Assembly: GCF_001194135.2 (NCBI RefSeq)
Contig: NC_069004.1
Span: 22,691,950-22,726,653, forward strand
Origin: Octopus bimaculoides
Lineage: Eukaryota
DNA: 34,704 bases
Direction: 5' to 3'
Of this stretch, positions 1-11,648 are shown in pieces (position 1 is the first letter of the stretch; every line of letters begins with the position of its first letter). Position numbers and translations under genes: made by a program. The notes under the pieces were generated by a model. The model worked only from the letters and a program-made list of their open reading frames with translations. It did no database searches and was not told where the DNA came from.

Positions 1-64
1 TGTATGTATATGTGTATGTGTGTATATATATATATTTGTGTGTATGTGTGTATATATATATATT

Positions 65-129
<65 letters not shown>

Positions 130-279
130 GTGTGTGTGTACATATATATGTGTGTGTATGTATATATATATATATATGCATTTAAACGTATATATGTGGA
201 TATATATACATATATATATGTATACATATATGAATATATATATATGCATTTAAACATATATATATGTGTATATATACAT

Positions 280-333
<54 letters not shown>

Positions 334-340
334 GTATGTA
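1..340. repeat. Compound (TA)n/(TG)n microsatellite
   Basis: Near-continuous TA and TG dinucleotide runs; these produce the YIYI/VCVC ORFs. Confidence 0.95.
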
Positions 341-768
341 TGTATAGCCATTTCTCTTCAAATTATATCATTTCTGCTTTCTTGGTTTTATTAAATTCTG
401 TAAAACAATTCCCATGCAATATCTGTAGAACATCACAAGGCTTGGTGCGTTTCTGCCATAGATTTTAGTTGCCAATATAATATTGGTGCCAATAGACTGA
501 TTGCTTACTCTTGTCTTCTCCCCCTCTCACATGTTAAAATAATAATAATATATTATTTTTGTTGGGTTTTTAAATTTATTTACATATTGTTGTTGGGTGT
601 TTTTAATTGTTGTTTTTTCAAGAATAACAATTGTGCAGAAATTTTTTTCTTTATAAAAATATATTTTTGCTTCCATCATTTTTCAATGTGTTTGATGTTA
701 GTCTTTGGTTTTGAAAAGAATTTTGTGAAAACACAAAGCATACACATCATACCATATGCACACACCAC

Positions 769-770
<2 letters not shown>

Positions 771-836
<66 letters not shown>

Positions 837-1190
837 NNNNNNNNNNNNNNNNNNNNNNNNNNNNNNNNNNNNNNNNNNNNNNNNNNNNNNNNNNNNNNNN
901 NNNNNNNNNNNNNNNNNNNNNNNNNNNNNNNNNNNNNNNNNNNNNNNNNNNNNNNNNNNNNNNNNNNNNNNNNNNNNNNNNNNNNNNNNNNNNNNNNNNN
1001 NNNNNNNNNNNNNNNNNNNNNNNNNNNNNNNNNNNNNNNNNNNNNNNNNNNNNNNNNNNNNNNNNNNNNNNNNNNNNNNNNNNNNNNNNNNNNNNNNNNN
1101 NNNNNNNNNNNNNNNNNNNNNNNNNNNNNNNNNNNNNNNNNNNNNNNNNNNNNNNNNNNNNNNNNNNACACACACACACACACACACACC
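771..1190. repeat. (CA)n microsatellite interrupted by an assembly gap
   Basis: CA runs on both sides of an N block (about 837-1167). Confidence 0.95.
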
Positions 1191-1254
1191 ATATGCAAAG
1201 TAGGTTTAAATCTAACCATTAATCAAAATCACTTTGGTAATTTCTTATATGGAA

Positions 1255-1680
1255 TCCTGGTTGTGATGATAATGTTGGTGGTGGTGGTAGTAGCGGCGGA
1301 GGCGGTGTGGAGTCGCTGGTTATAGTGGTGGCGATGGTGTTTCTGTTTAGGGTTGTTTTGGCAGGGGTGGTAGTGGTTGTGGTATCATCATAATTGCTGG
1401 TGGTGGTGTTGGTGGTGGTAGTGCTGCTGGTAGTAGAGATGGTGTTAGTGGTGTTGGTGTTGGTGGTAGTAGAGATGGTATTGGTGTTGCTGGTAGTAGT
1501 GATGTTGTTGGTGTTGTGATGGTAGTTGAGTTTGTGTCACTGGTGGCAGCGATGTTAGTGTTGCCGTGGTAGTGGTGATGGTATTGGTGGTGGGTAGTGG
1601 TGTTGGTGGTAGAGATGGTGATGATGTTTCTGCTGATGGTAACAGTGATGACAATGTTGGTAGTGGCACCAAACATGATC
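1255..1680. repeat. Degenerate GGT/GTT/GAT trinucleotide low-complexity tract
   Basis: Imperfect (GGT)(GTA)(GAT) periodicity; similar tracts at 4805-4945, 8310-8635, 18940-19125 and 27200-27480. Confidence 0.85.
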
Positions 1681-2131
1681 ATTATGGACCTCCTTTATAG
1701 TGCCAGGCTTTCTGGGAGTGGGACTTGTGTATAGTTCTTAGGAGAAAGAGAAATGGTAACCTTGAAGTTTAGGAATGGTCTTGATGGTGTTTGATGGAAG
1801 TGTGGGAGTGTTGGTAGCAGTCATGGTGGTGATGAGGATAGAGATGGTAGTCATACTACATGTGTGGTGTCAGAGCTATTAGCATATCTATTAAATATTG
1901 TTCAAAGTTTACAAACTGAAGGAAGTAGACAGCTGTCTTCAGTGTTCTGACATTAATTACATATACCCTCTCCTCCCCACTTTCTCTTTCTTACCCAACC
2001 TAGATCATCTTTTCATTTTTTCTCTTCTTTTTGTACCATTTTTCTCTCTGCTGTTCTTCTCACACAAGCGTACATGCAGGAACTATGTGTGTGTCTATTT
2101 ATAAATATATGGTTATGTATGTGTGTGCCTG

Positions 2132-2168
<37 letters not shown>

Positions 2169-2183
2169 ATATANNNNNNNNNN

Positions 2184-2222
<39 letters not shown>

Positions 2223-2399
2223 ATATATGTACACATGCATGTATGTATACAGAGAAAGAGAGGGAGGTAGTAATAGGGAGAAGATTTTATATTTTTAAAG
2301 CTGTAAACACTCTAGAAATTATTTGGAAGCCTTGAGTTTCATATATAACACTTGTCAAACTAGAAAATATGTATATGTATGTGGGTGTGCATGTGCTTC

Positions 2400-2620
2400 A
2401 TCTTTATCATCATCATTTAAAGTCCATCTTGCTTGCATGGATTGATCAGTTTAGCAGGATCCAAATAGCTGGAAGATTGCTCCAAGCTCTGATGTCTGCT
2501 TTGGTTTCTATGGTTGGATGCCCTTCTTCATGGCAACCACTTTACAGTTTATTGGCTGATTTTTTTGTTTGTGTGTGTGTGTGTGATACTGGCACTTGTG
2601 AGAGCACCAAGTAGCTTGCA
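2400..2620 (-). mobile_element. Degenerate SINE with (GAT)n tail, same family as 34502-34704
   Basis: catcatcatttaaagtccat...gcatggatt...ttggatgcccttc matches the younger copy at 34502-34704. Confidence 0.55.
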
Positions 2621-3014
2621 AGACACACAAAAAAAAAATCCTCAACTGAGTGGGATTGGTAGAAGTTTTGAGAGCCTAACATATGAAAGAGAAACAAGCA
2701 TTGATGTCTTGTTGAAGAGGAGAAACATGGCTACCCTGCATTGGTTGGTGACTGGTGGAAAATAAAGTGGGAAGGGATTTTAGAAAGAAGTGGTTTGAGG
2801 GAGAGGGAAGGTAACTAACTGGCAGCACAAAAGGAAATGACAGATGTGTGCAGATTCTGCTCATGTATGATTACAGCATATAGTAGTGTATATAGATGGG
2901 TTTTTGAGGGATGGCTGTTAAGAAGATGAGAGGTTGGCAAAGGTTGATAGATCGAAGGCCTATTGAGTGTAGAGACAAAAACATAATGCTCTTGCTTTTA
3001 CTATAGGTCTTCTC

Positions 3015-3420
3015 AAGCACAACAGATCACCAATTATCTCAGCCTGTTGTCATCTCTGTAAAACTCAACATCTCTATATCTGCCTTCGCTACTTTGTTCC
3101 TTGTCTACACGGATTTTTCTTCTACAAGCTCCATCCACATAGTGATCAGCACTTCTTTATGCAGTTGTCCTCATCTATATGCATCACATGATCATACCAG
3201 CAGTCTTCTCTCTTGCACACTACAACTGATACTTCTTACACTCAATTTTTCTCTCAACACATTTGCATTTGTCATACATACACACTGACATTGCATATCC
3301 AACAGAGCATACTAGCTTCATTCCTTGTAATCTTCACATATCCTCTGCATTCAGGGCCCACATCCTACTACTATGTAGCATTGCTGCTTGTACACAGACA
3401 TCAGCCAATCTGCCTTTCAC
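3015..3420 (-). mobile_element. RTE-clade LINE 3' fragment (decayed ORF2 C-terminus)
   Basis: Minus-strand translation with stops and frameshifts: VKGRLADVCVQAAMLHSSRMWALNAEDM*RL..NEASMLCWICNVSV..VLREKLSVRSISCSVQERRL.WYDHVMHIDEDNCIKKC. This fits the RTE ORF2 pattern LYGSETW..EMRMLRW..RRLRWYGHV. Confidence 0.85.
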
Positions 3421-3514
3421 TCAGAGAGAGAGAGAGACAGACAGACTTTTTGTTACCAACTGACGTATTAGCTCTCTGAATTTTTTTCCACCCTGTTTTC
3501 ATTCCAGCAACTGT

Positions 3515-3547
<33 letters not shown>

Positions 3548-3685
3548 CATGATCATGTGACCAACCAGACTATCAGATGTTGTTAGACATCACTGGTCAC
3601 AATGCGGTTTTGCATTGTTTTAGCCTGAAATGATGCCACCTCACTGGCTAGGTGAGCAGGCCAACAATCCCCCCTGATTGGAGGG

Positions 3686-3925
3686 GGTCTGGAGCAATAT
3701 GAAATGAAGTGTTTTGCTCAAGAATACAATATTCCGCCCAGTTAGGGAAATGAACCCACGATCTAATAATCGTGAGTACAACAGCCTAACCACTAGGCCA
3801 GGTGCCTTCACACACGGCTTAGACGTTAGGATGTTGCACTCAAGATCATGAGATCATGGTTTTGATTCTAAGACAAGGCAGTGTGTTGTGTTCTTGAACA
3901 AAAAAACTTCATTTCATGTTGCTCT
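3686..3925. mobile_element. Head-to-head pair of tRNA-derived SINEs of one family (3686-3810 minus, 3812-3925 plus)
   Basis: Both read ggcctagtggttagg..ttgcactca(c/a)gat..gttcttga.caaaacacttcatttca in opposite directions; other copies lie at about 20410, 22570, 28510 (minus) and 30643. Confidence 0.7.
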
Positions 3926-4050
3926 TCAATAATTTCAACATCTGCACCTGTGCAGGCAATGTTGATTTGATGAAGGAAGTGAGCTTATGTGGTTGTTCAG
4001 CAAGAATTTGTGGAACCCTCATCTGTTGTCTAATGACAGGTGTGTCCATA

Positions 4051-4108
<58 letters not shown>

Positions 4109-4109
4109 T

Positions 4110-4300
4110 GGTTTCAAAGTCCAGCAGTGTCAGAGGAGGGTGTATATTGATTACATCAGCCCCAGTGTTCAACTAATACTTATTTTATTGATACTGTAAG
4201 GATGAAAGGTAAAGTTGACCATTGCGGAATTTGAACACAAAGATGGACAAAATGCCACTAAGCATTTTATCCAACATGCTAACAATTCTGACAGCTGACT
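4110..4300 (-). mobile_element. Decayed tRNA-derived SINE (family of 6191-6420)
   Basis: gattacatcagccccagtg..ggatgaaaggtaaagttgacc..gaatttgaac..aagcattt matches 6260-6410. Confidence 0.7.
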
Positions 4301-4612
4301 ATATATATATATTAATTTCTATTACATCACCAAGATGTAACAAGTTACAGAACTAAATACATAATGTAGAGTATTCTTTAACATTATAACTGAAATACTT
4401 GTAATTGCTTGTGCTTGGAGTTTTATGTTTCTACTCTTTCAGCTGGTAATCCAAACTTGTTTTCTCTTATGTACATATATAAGCATTGTATATATACATA
4501 TCAGCACTGCAATAATGATGCCCTGCATCTGTATTGAGTTCCTTTTTCTTCTTGTAAATTTGAATGTACACACACATATGCATGCATGCATGCATACATA
4601 CATACATGAGAA

Positions 4613-4643
<31 letters not shown>

Positions 4644-5399
4644 CACACACACATTGGTGTAATTGCATAGCACCACAGTGTCTCGTGATTACAGATTTTG
4701 TGTTGAAACTCGATCTCTCCCTCGGCTCNNNNNNNNNNTCGATCTCTCCCTCGGCTCCAGATCATATCTTACCGACAAATAAGTCGTTTGAAATGCAGCA
4801 GGTGCTTGATCATCATCATCATCATAGTTGTCATTGTCACCACCACCACCTTCCTCTACATCGCTATCATCTTCACCATCTCTGTTACTACTACTACTAC
4901 TACTACTACCATCACCGTCATGATCATTATCATCATCAATGTCATGCATAAAAACAAGTCACACAAATGGAATTACAAGACATGTTGATGTGTGTATGTG
5001 TGTGAGTGTATTATAATTATCTATTTATTATAATATAATTATACAATTCTATATTTGTGAGATGAGGAATTTATATAATGCTGTTTATATTTGTTGGATT
5101 GTTGTCCTCATCTTGATTGTTAATTTCACTATGTTCCAGCTGTTGTCTGCTCCAGCTTTCCTCAGGTTTTGTGCTGAACTCAGTCGTTGCATCAGAATTT
5201 TGAATTTAACATTTTCAAATCAAAAGTCTTGAGTGGATTTGATAGACAAACTGAGAGAAGCTGGTTGTGTGTGTGTGCATGCATGCATGTGTATATCTGT
5301 ATCTGTGTGTGTTTTGTGTGTACCCATCTATAGATATTAAGTGATGGTTGTAAATGAGCATTATTGTCTAAGAAATGAGGTTGTTTGTTTCTTTTATGA

Positions 5400-5540
5400 A
5401 AAACCTGTCTCACTAGGGCAAAATATTACCTTGCTTGGAAAAAGATGAGGAAGGGCATCCAGCTGTAGAAAATTTGCCTCAACAAAGTCTGTCTGACCAA
5501 TGCAAGCATTGAAAAGTGAATGTTAAACGATGAGGATAAA
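5400..5540 (+). mobile_element. SINE 3' part ending ggaagggcatccagctgtagaaa...gttaaacgatga
   Basis: Reverse complement of the family seen at 8630-8900 and 34502-34704. Confidence 0.7.
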
Positions 5541-5966
5541 ATCATTTCAAATTATTCTATGGCTCAGGTTCTATATAGTGGCGGGCACTTCTTTGTGATG
5601 AATTTTCAGCCTTTTGTTTACCTTTTTATCTAGGTTTATTATCATTATTATTATTATTATCATTATTACTATTATTAATATTGTTGTTATTTTGTTCCTT
5701 CCTTCTTTTTTTACTGTTTCCAACAGTTTTTCATCTTTCTCTCATTTCCATTCCCCCACCCTGCTTTGCTACAAGATAATGGAGTGGTTCTGCTGCTTGC
5801 CATATATGGCCAATTCTGTGATTCCTAGCCATCTTTTATCAGTGATGCCAACGGCAACGAGGATGAGAAATTTTGTTTGCTTATGCCCTAGCTGTACTCA
5901 AACATTATTGTTTTCTGACAGAATAAATGTTGAAAGATGATTTAAATGTCCTTTGCTTTGTTTCAG

Positions 5967-6068
5967 GAACAGTTCACTGCAGAAGAACATGATGCTATTC
6001 AAAAAGTCCTACGACAAAGACTTGGTCCAAATTTTATCTCTCAGAGAATTGGAGCTGGTGGTCAAAAA
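5967..6068 (+). CDS. RAD52: Internal coding exon of DNA repair protein RAD52 (N-terminal ssDNA-binding/annealing domain): [34 protein letters not shown]
   Basis: The 34-aa peptide aligns without gaps to human RAD52 residues ~29-62 as recalled ([34 protein letters not shown]), including the R55 equivalent. Acceptor is tttgctttgtttcAG (5965-5966), donor is AAA|GTAAGT (6069); 102 bp, phase 0 at both ends. Confidence 0.95.
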
Positions 6069-6190
6069 GTAAGTTTTGCCCATAAACTTTTTTTTTGGAA
6101 TTGTTGCTGGTGGTGTTGGATTGTTGTTGTTGTTGTTTAACCCCCAAGTTGTTGTTATAGTTGTTACTTTGTCTTTCATAGTATCTTCTT

Positions 6191-6420
6191 ATTTCTTTAT
6201 TGCCCACAAGGGGCTAAACATAGAGGGGACAAACAAGGACAGACAAAGGGATTAAGTCAATTACATCAACCCCAGTGCATAACTGGTACTTAATTTATCG
6301 ACCCCGAAAGGATGAAAGGCAAAGTTGACCTCGGCGGAATTTGAACTCAGAACGTAACGGCAGACGAAATGCCGCTAAGTATTTCGTCCAGCATGCTAAC
6401 GATTCTGCCAGCTCGCCGCC
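6191..6420 (-). mobile_element. Young tRNA-derived SINE with a perfect 16-bp target-site duplication
   Basis: Minus strand starts ggcggcgagctggcagaatcgttagc (A-box-like) and has gagttcaaattcc (B-box). TTCATAGTATCTTCTT occurs at both 6175-6190 and 6421-6436. Many CpGs are retained. Confidence 0.9.
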
Positions 6421-6906
6421 TTCATAGTATCTTCTTGTCTTCCTCCATCCATTTTATTTTACTTCATTTTTAATCGTGTATGAGCAAACTATGATGACGA
6501 AGGTTCCAGTTGATCTGATCAACAGAACAGTCTACTCATGAAATTAATGTGCAAATGGCTGAGCACTCCACAGATATGTATCCTTAACGTTGTTCTCAGG
6601 GAGATTCAGTATGACACAGAATGTGACAAAGCTAGACTTTGGACATACCGGAACAAAGCATTTTTGCCAGCAGAGTGGACCAAAGCAACATGATATAGTG
6701 TCTTGCTCAAGGACACAATGCGCCACCAGGAATCAAAGTCAGAGTCTTATGATCGCAAGCTGAATACACTAACCACTAAGCTGACTGTTCTGATGACAGC
6801 ATATTGTGGTACTGGAGGCAAAACCCAACTGTGCATGTGCGCACACACACACATGCACACGCACACACACATAAACACACACACACGCACGCGTACATAT
6901 ATATAC

Positions 6907-7310
6907 TTATGTGGCTGTGTAAGAAGCTTGTTCCCAACCACATGGTGCTGGGTTCAGTCCCACTGCATAGCACCTTGGGCAAATGTCTTCTACTATAGCT
7001 TCAAGTCAAACAAAGCTTCGTCTGTGGATTTGGTAGACAGAAACTGAAAGAAGCTCATCGTGTACACACACGTACACACACACACACACACACATATCTC
7101 AGTGTGTGTCTTTGTGTCTATGTTTGTCCCCATCGCCATTGATTTTGGTGTGTTGATCTCTTTTATCAAATGGCTAAGTTAACTTAGCCATTTGATAAAA
7201 GAGATCGATAGAATAACTGCCATTTTTAGCAAAAAATAAGTACGGAGGGTCGATTCATTTTGACTAAAAGTTCTTCAAGGTGGTGCCTCAGCATGGCTGT
7301 AAAAAATAAA
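6907..7310 (+). mobile_element. Composite tRNA-derived SINE (head, CA/TG microsatellite, 3' body)
   Basis: gtggctgtgtaagaagcttgttcccaaccacatgg..gggttcagtccca..caccttgggcaa..gtagacagaaactgaaagaagc, then the body tttgtccccatcgcc..cttcaaggtggtgcctcagcatggc. Copies at 19290-19680, 22275-22420 and 32085-32630. Confidence 0.8.
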
Positions 7311-7499
7311 AGATATACAGATAGAGAAAGAGAGTGTGAGAGAAATAGAGAGAGAGAGACATTAGATGCATATACAAACATAACTAGATGCTCACACACA
7401 TAAACAGAGAAAGAAGGAAAGAGAGAGAGAGATTGAGAGTGTGAACAAGGGACAGAGACAGACAGACAGATAAATGGGAAAAATAAGAGAAACATTAAA

Positions 7500-7930
7500 A
7501 GGTCTGATGTCAAATAAGTCAGCATCGAATCAGCATAGCCAAATAGGCAGCTCCACAAAGACTATACCAAAACTTCTCATACCTGCATTGTAACAAGGTC
7601 TTCTTGGGATCCAATATGATTTTGTATGGGTGCAGACTGGCTTGTGATGTGATCCTTATAGTCAAGACGGCTAAGATGTTGCAGTAGTATCTCATTTCCA
7701 GTATCTGCATCTTTCTCTGTAGCTTTTCAGTTATAGTCTATATTTCACAGTCATATAGGAAGATGGAGAGGATCTATGCAATGAGGAGTCTGATTTTTGC
7801 CCTTCTTGGTGAGGTTTTGTACCTCCCAAACTGGCTTCAGCTACATTACTGCCATCATTTTCTGTGTGTTTCTTGCAAGGATTTCTGATTTAAATTTTTT
7901 GTTATTACTTATGAAGTCTACATTGAGCCT
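7500..7930 (-). mobile_element. RTE-clade LINE fragment (decayed post-RT region)
   Basis: Minus-strand translation across frameshifts: KSEILARNTQKMMAVM*LKPVWEVQNLTKK..KIRLLIA*ILSIFLYDCEI*TITEKLQRKMQILEMRYYCNIL..DYKDHIT. This fits the RTE pattern IFLYACETWT..EMRCYRRIL.ISYKDHITN. Confidence 0.8.
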
Positions 7931-8629
7931 GAAAAATCCTTATGTATGGCCCTTCCTCTATGAGCCAACTGGAGGGAGCCCCATATATAATCAAGCCAAC
8001 TTGCAAGAAAGAACAGCAAAATGTCCCTCAATTAACACAGTATCTCAAGGAAAAGGCAAAGATACATTGGATTATGTAGTTTCCAGATAGACTTTGTATG
8101 AAAAGAAAAGATTGGATGGTCACAGCTGAAATGTCTTTGCTCATAGGCTGACCTGTGGTTAAACATATCAACATCAGTTGATATGAAAAGAATATGCAAA
8201 TAAAAATATAAAAATGATTGTGTTGCCATGGTTACAAAGCTAGTTAAACATCAGTTTAGTTCAATAGATTGATATCATTATAGATTCAGTTACATTTTAT
8301 TTGATTAGTTTTGTTGATGTGTTATTGTTGTTGTTGTTGCTGCTATTGTTAGTTATGGCATTGGCTTTGTTGCTGTTGTTATTGATGTTGTTGTGTTGTT
8401 GTTTGTGGTGGTAGTGGTGGTGGTGGTGGTGTTACTAATGCTGTTGTTATTGTTGTAGCTGCTACTGCTAGTGTCATTTTTTTACTATTGTAGTTGGTAG
8501 TTGTACTTTTATTGCTGTTGTTTCTGTTGTTGTAGTTGTTGTTGTTGATGATAGTGATGATGCTGATATTGCTATTGTTGTTGTTGGTAGTCTTGATATT
8601 GCTGCTATTGCTGGTTTTCATCATCATCA

Positions 8630-8900
8630 TCATCATTTAACGTCCATTTCCGTTGCTGGCATTGGTTGGACATCTTGATAGGAACTGGCAAAGCCAGGCC
8701 TTGCACCAGGTTCCATAGTCTGTTTTCACTTGGTTTCTGCAGCTGGATGTCCTTCCTAATGCCAACCACTTTTTACAGAATATACTTGGTGCTTGTTACA
8801 TGGCACTATCACCAGTGCTTTTTGTGTGGCACCAACACCTACATCAATGCTTTTTACATGGCAGCTTGGCTTTCAGATATCAGTTTTGTTGTGGTGGGTG
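8630..8900 (-). mobile_element. SINE with (GAT)n tail, family of 34502-34704
   Basis: (CAT)n followed by ttaacgtccatttcc..cagctggatgtccttcctaatgccaaccac. Confidence 0.75.
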
Positions 8901-10034
8901 GGTCTTCTTGAGTACATCTATGCACCACATATCACTGTCCTCTGCTGTTGTATTGTTTAGCCCCAACTTAGATCTGATTCCACAAACTTGTGTTAAAAGA
9001 CATTTGACTCTTGACCATCCCAGTTCATCCATCAGATCACAACTTATTATCTTAAAAAAAAAGGAAACAAAAAAGGAGACATCGGTTAATTAATGTGATT
9101 GTGGATATACTCTACTTGAATAAAAAAAAAAGTGGGTGGTTACAGCTGGAATGTCTCTGCTTCAACCATGGGGCCTGTATATTCAGGACTAGATTATCTA
9201 ATGTGGTTTTGCTGCCTTCTATTTTTTAAGAGAGTAAGCTGTAATCAGAAATAGATATGGTGACTATTTCTAGCAGAACAAGTGACTGAGTAGAGGTTTC
9301 CCTCACTGGTGCAAATGGTTTACATTGATATTGTTGTTTATCCCTGAGTCAGACCGGATCAAAGATATTCTGAACTGTTGAAGCAGAAATATTGTTACAG
9401 CTAATATTCTGTTCAATACCACAGATTTACTTGTCAGTTGCTTGACCATAACCACATGAGCTGACAATATGTGCATCTCTGATCATGAACAGAAGTAATG
9501 GGGGAGCATTGGCTTGTATAATCTGAAAGGTACATTCAGTCATAGATTGGGTGGATCAGGCTGACAAGAAACTAAACTACAATAACATATCTTTGGGGCA
9601 CAAGATCTCTCAGCTTAATTGTAGCTTCCTGTTACTTATTTTACCTCCCTATGAAGAAGACATACTCCATCTCTTGTTTTATTTCACTCTCTTCTCCGTC
9701 TCTACACTATTTTCTCTCTCTCTCTCTCTCTCTCTGTGTAAGAGTGCTCTTTTTGATGCCAGTCTGATGAAGAGCTCCTCCAATTAATCAACTGCAACCA
9801 TTACTCAACTTTTCACATGAAGTCTTGTACATGCAGTGGAATTAAAAATAGATTGGTATCAAAACAATTATAACTAATAATAAAGACATGCTAAAGTCAC
9901 CTTTGTCATCTTATTGGATTATATGTTACTCTTTATAAGACCCACATATTGATTTTATTGGTCATGTACATAGAATTTCTGCAACACTTTCAATTTCCTT
10001 CAAGAGTGTAGATAGCCAAGAATTCAGGTCCATA

Positions 10035-10608
10035 CAGTAATGCTTTGATATACAAGTTATACAAGTTAATTTGTTCCTGGAGACCACTTGTAAAGCGAAA
10101 ACTCGTAAAGCAGGAGCAATAATTTCCCATAGTAGCAATGTTATGGATTGTAATTTGTTCCCAGAAAACTATTTCACCAATAAAATTTATGATACTCATA
10201 AATGGCAATAAAACAACAGTAGAATGTAAAGAATATTTTATGTAAAGAAAAAGGAATGTCAAGATCATTTATCATAAAAAATATTATAACCGTTTTCTGA
10301 ATCACTTTCACTTGCACTAGACTCATGCACACCATCACTTGTAGACACGATTGATGATTCACAAGCACTCACAGATGGACTTGTAGATTTCTTTAAAAAA
10401 AAAAACAAAAAAAAAACAAGTCTATAGTTGTTTGCTTAGAAGAAGAACTTTTACGTTCTCTATGAATTTCTTGGTAACACACAGAAGTATTTGTTATGGT
10501 AGTAGAAGCTTTCACACTTCATTCAAAATTTGGATCTTGTGCTTGAAAAATAAAACTCACAAACCCAGGTTCTCATAAAGTGGGTCCTCATAAAGTGAGG
10601 TATTATTG
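10035..10608 (-). mobile_element. Internally deleted Tigger/pogo-like DNA transposon
   Basis: TA-flanked imperfect TIRs: CAGTAATGCTTTGATATACAAG (10035) and the reverse complement of the right end, CAATAATACCTCACTTTATGAG (10608). The minus strand encodes QAQDPNFE*SVKASTTITNTSVCYQEIHRERKSSSSKQTTIDLF, a Tigger transposase C-terminal motif (QDPN.ER..CY..IY.EKK..QT.LD.FF). Confidence 0.75.
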
Positions 10609-10654
10609 TACACTGACTTTCTATCCTGTCAATACCTACAACAATTGCTGCTGC

Positions 10655-10692
<38 letters not shown>

Positions 10693-11244
10693 TGTCCATG
10701 AGTTAGAAACAAAAGCACATTCAATATCAGTAATAGAGTAGGTACATTTTTATATTGTCGAACACTTTACTGGTTACAGCATATAAATGGTCAGAATATT
10801 ATTGTCTATTTTATGTTGAATATTGCCACTAGATAATATTGATGTCTCTTTGGCAGTAACATTCTGATCAGTTATATGCTATAACCAGTACTACATTGTT
10901 TGATGATTTATATCTATGATTTTGAAACAGTTACCCAAAGATCAAGGACATGAAATTGGTGCTAGTAACTTTGAAATTTCAGTGTCAATAAGCAACACAT
11001 ATGCATACATTTGTGTGCTCACACACACATACACACATGCATGCACTGTATTGAGCACTTTTTCTTCAAGTTTGTAAATACAACCATCTACTTAGACACA
11101 ACCAAACTCATGTAATCATGCACACAAATGTACTGAGGCAGACACAGGCAGACTCAATCTGGCACGCACACACACAAACTGATACATATACATATGCAGT
11201 CAAATATACACAGATACATATGTATGTACATGCACACACTTATG

Positions 11245-11275
<31 letters not shown>

Positions 11276-11432
11276 CAGTGTTATTAAAATGGTTTTATTT
11301 AAAACTGGGTGCATCTAAACAAAAGTAAAAGATAGCTTTAGTGAAGACATGCCACATATTTAAAATGACAGAGCAGCACACGTTATGTTATATAAAGAAT
11401 AATGTAGAACAGAGGAGAGTCACACAGGAATA

Positions 11433-11648
11433 CCAGGGGGGGTGCTGAAAAATTTCTGGCTTTGGGTAAAAGAAAATTCAGGGGGATCAGTTAATTATGA
11501 TTTTATTCAACATATTCCCCTCTCTCATTCATACACTTATTGCAGTTGTCCTTCAGTTTTTCTAAGTGCTGTCAGAACTCTGAAGGTAGACCTCCAATCA
11601 GGCCTTTCATGATACCCTTAAGGCCAGAAACTTAACAGCACCCTCTTG
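11433..11648. mobile_element. Mariner-derived MITE
   Basis: TA at 11431 and 11649; ends ccagggggggtgctgaaaaatttctggcttt and aaggccagaaacttaacagcaccctcttg are imperfect inverted repeats of mariner type. Confidence 0.75.

Noticed and set aside
4-2335. Long ORFs such as 4..468, 587..1222 and 756..1325 (and similar ones at 26479-27028, 27545-28105, 29718-30318, 33547-34208)
   Set aside because: They are translations of TA/CA/TG microsatellites or run through N gaps; no protein signal.
2620-2960. Possible CR1/L2-like 3' fragment on the minus strand
   Set aside because: Similarity is too weak by eye to call.
4710-4757. 19-bp direct repeat TCGATCTCTCCCTCGGCTC on both sides of a 10-N gap
   Set aside because: Most likely an unmerged contig overlap. 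The same pattern occurs at the 10-N gap near 2174, so this is an assembly artefact rather than a TSD.
5946-6140. ORF track start ATG at 5946 and read-through to 6140
   Set aside because: MSFALFQ is the polypyrimidine tract and acceptor, and VSFAHK onward is intron. RAD52 similarity is confined to 5967-6068.
10931-11020. AG-preceded open frame LPKDQGHEIGASNFEISVSISNTYAYICV
   Set aside because: No convincing donor site and no similarity to RAD52 beyond LPK; exon order would also be wrong.
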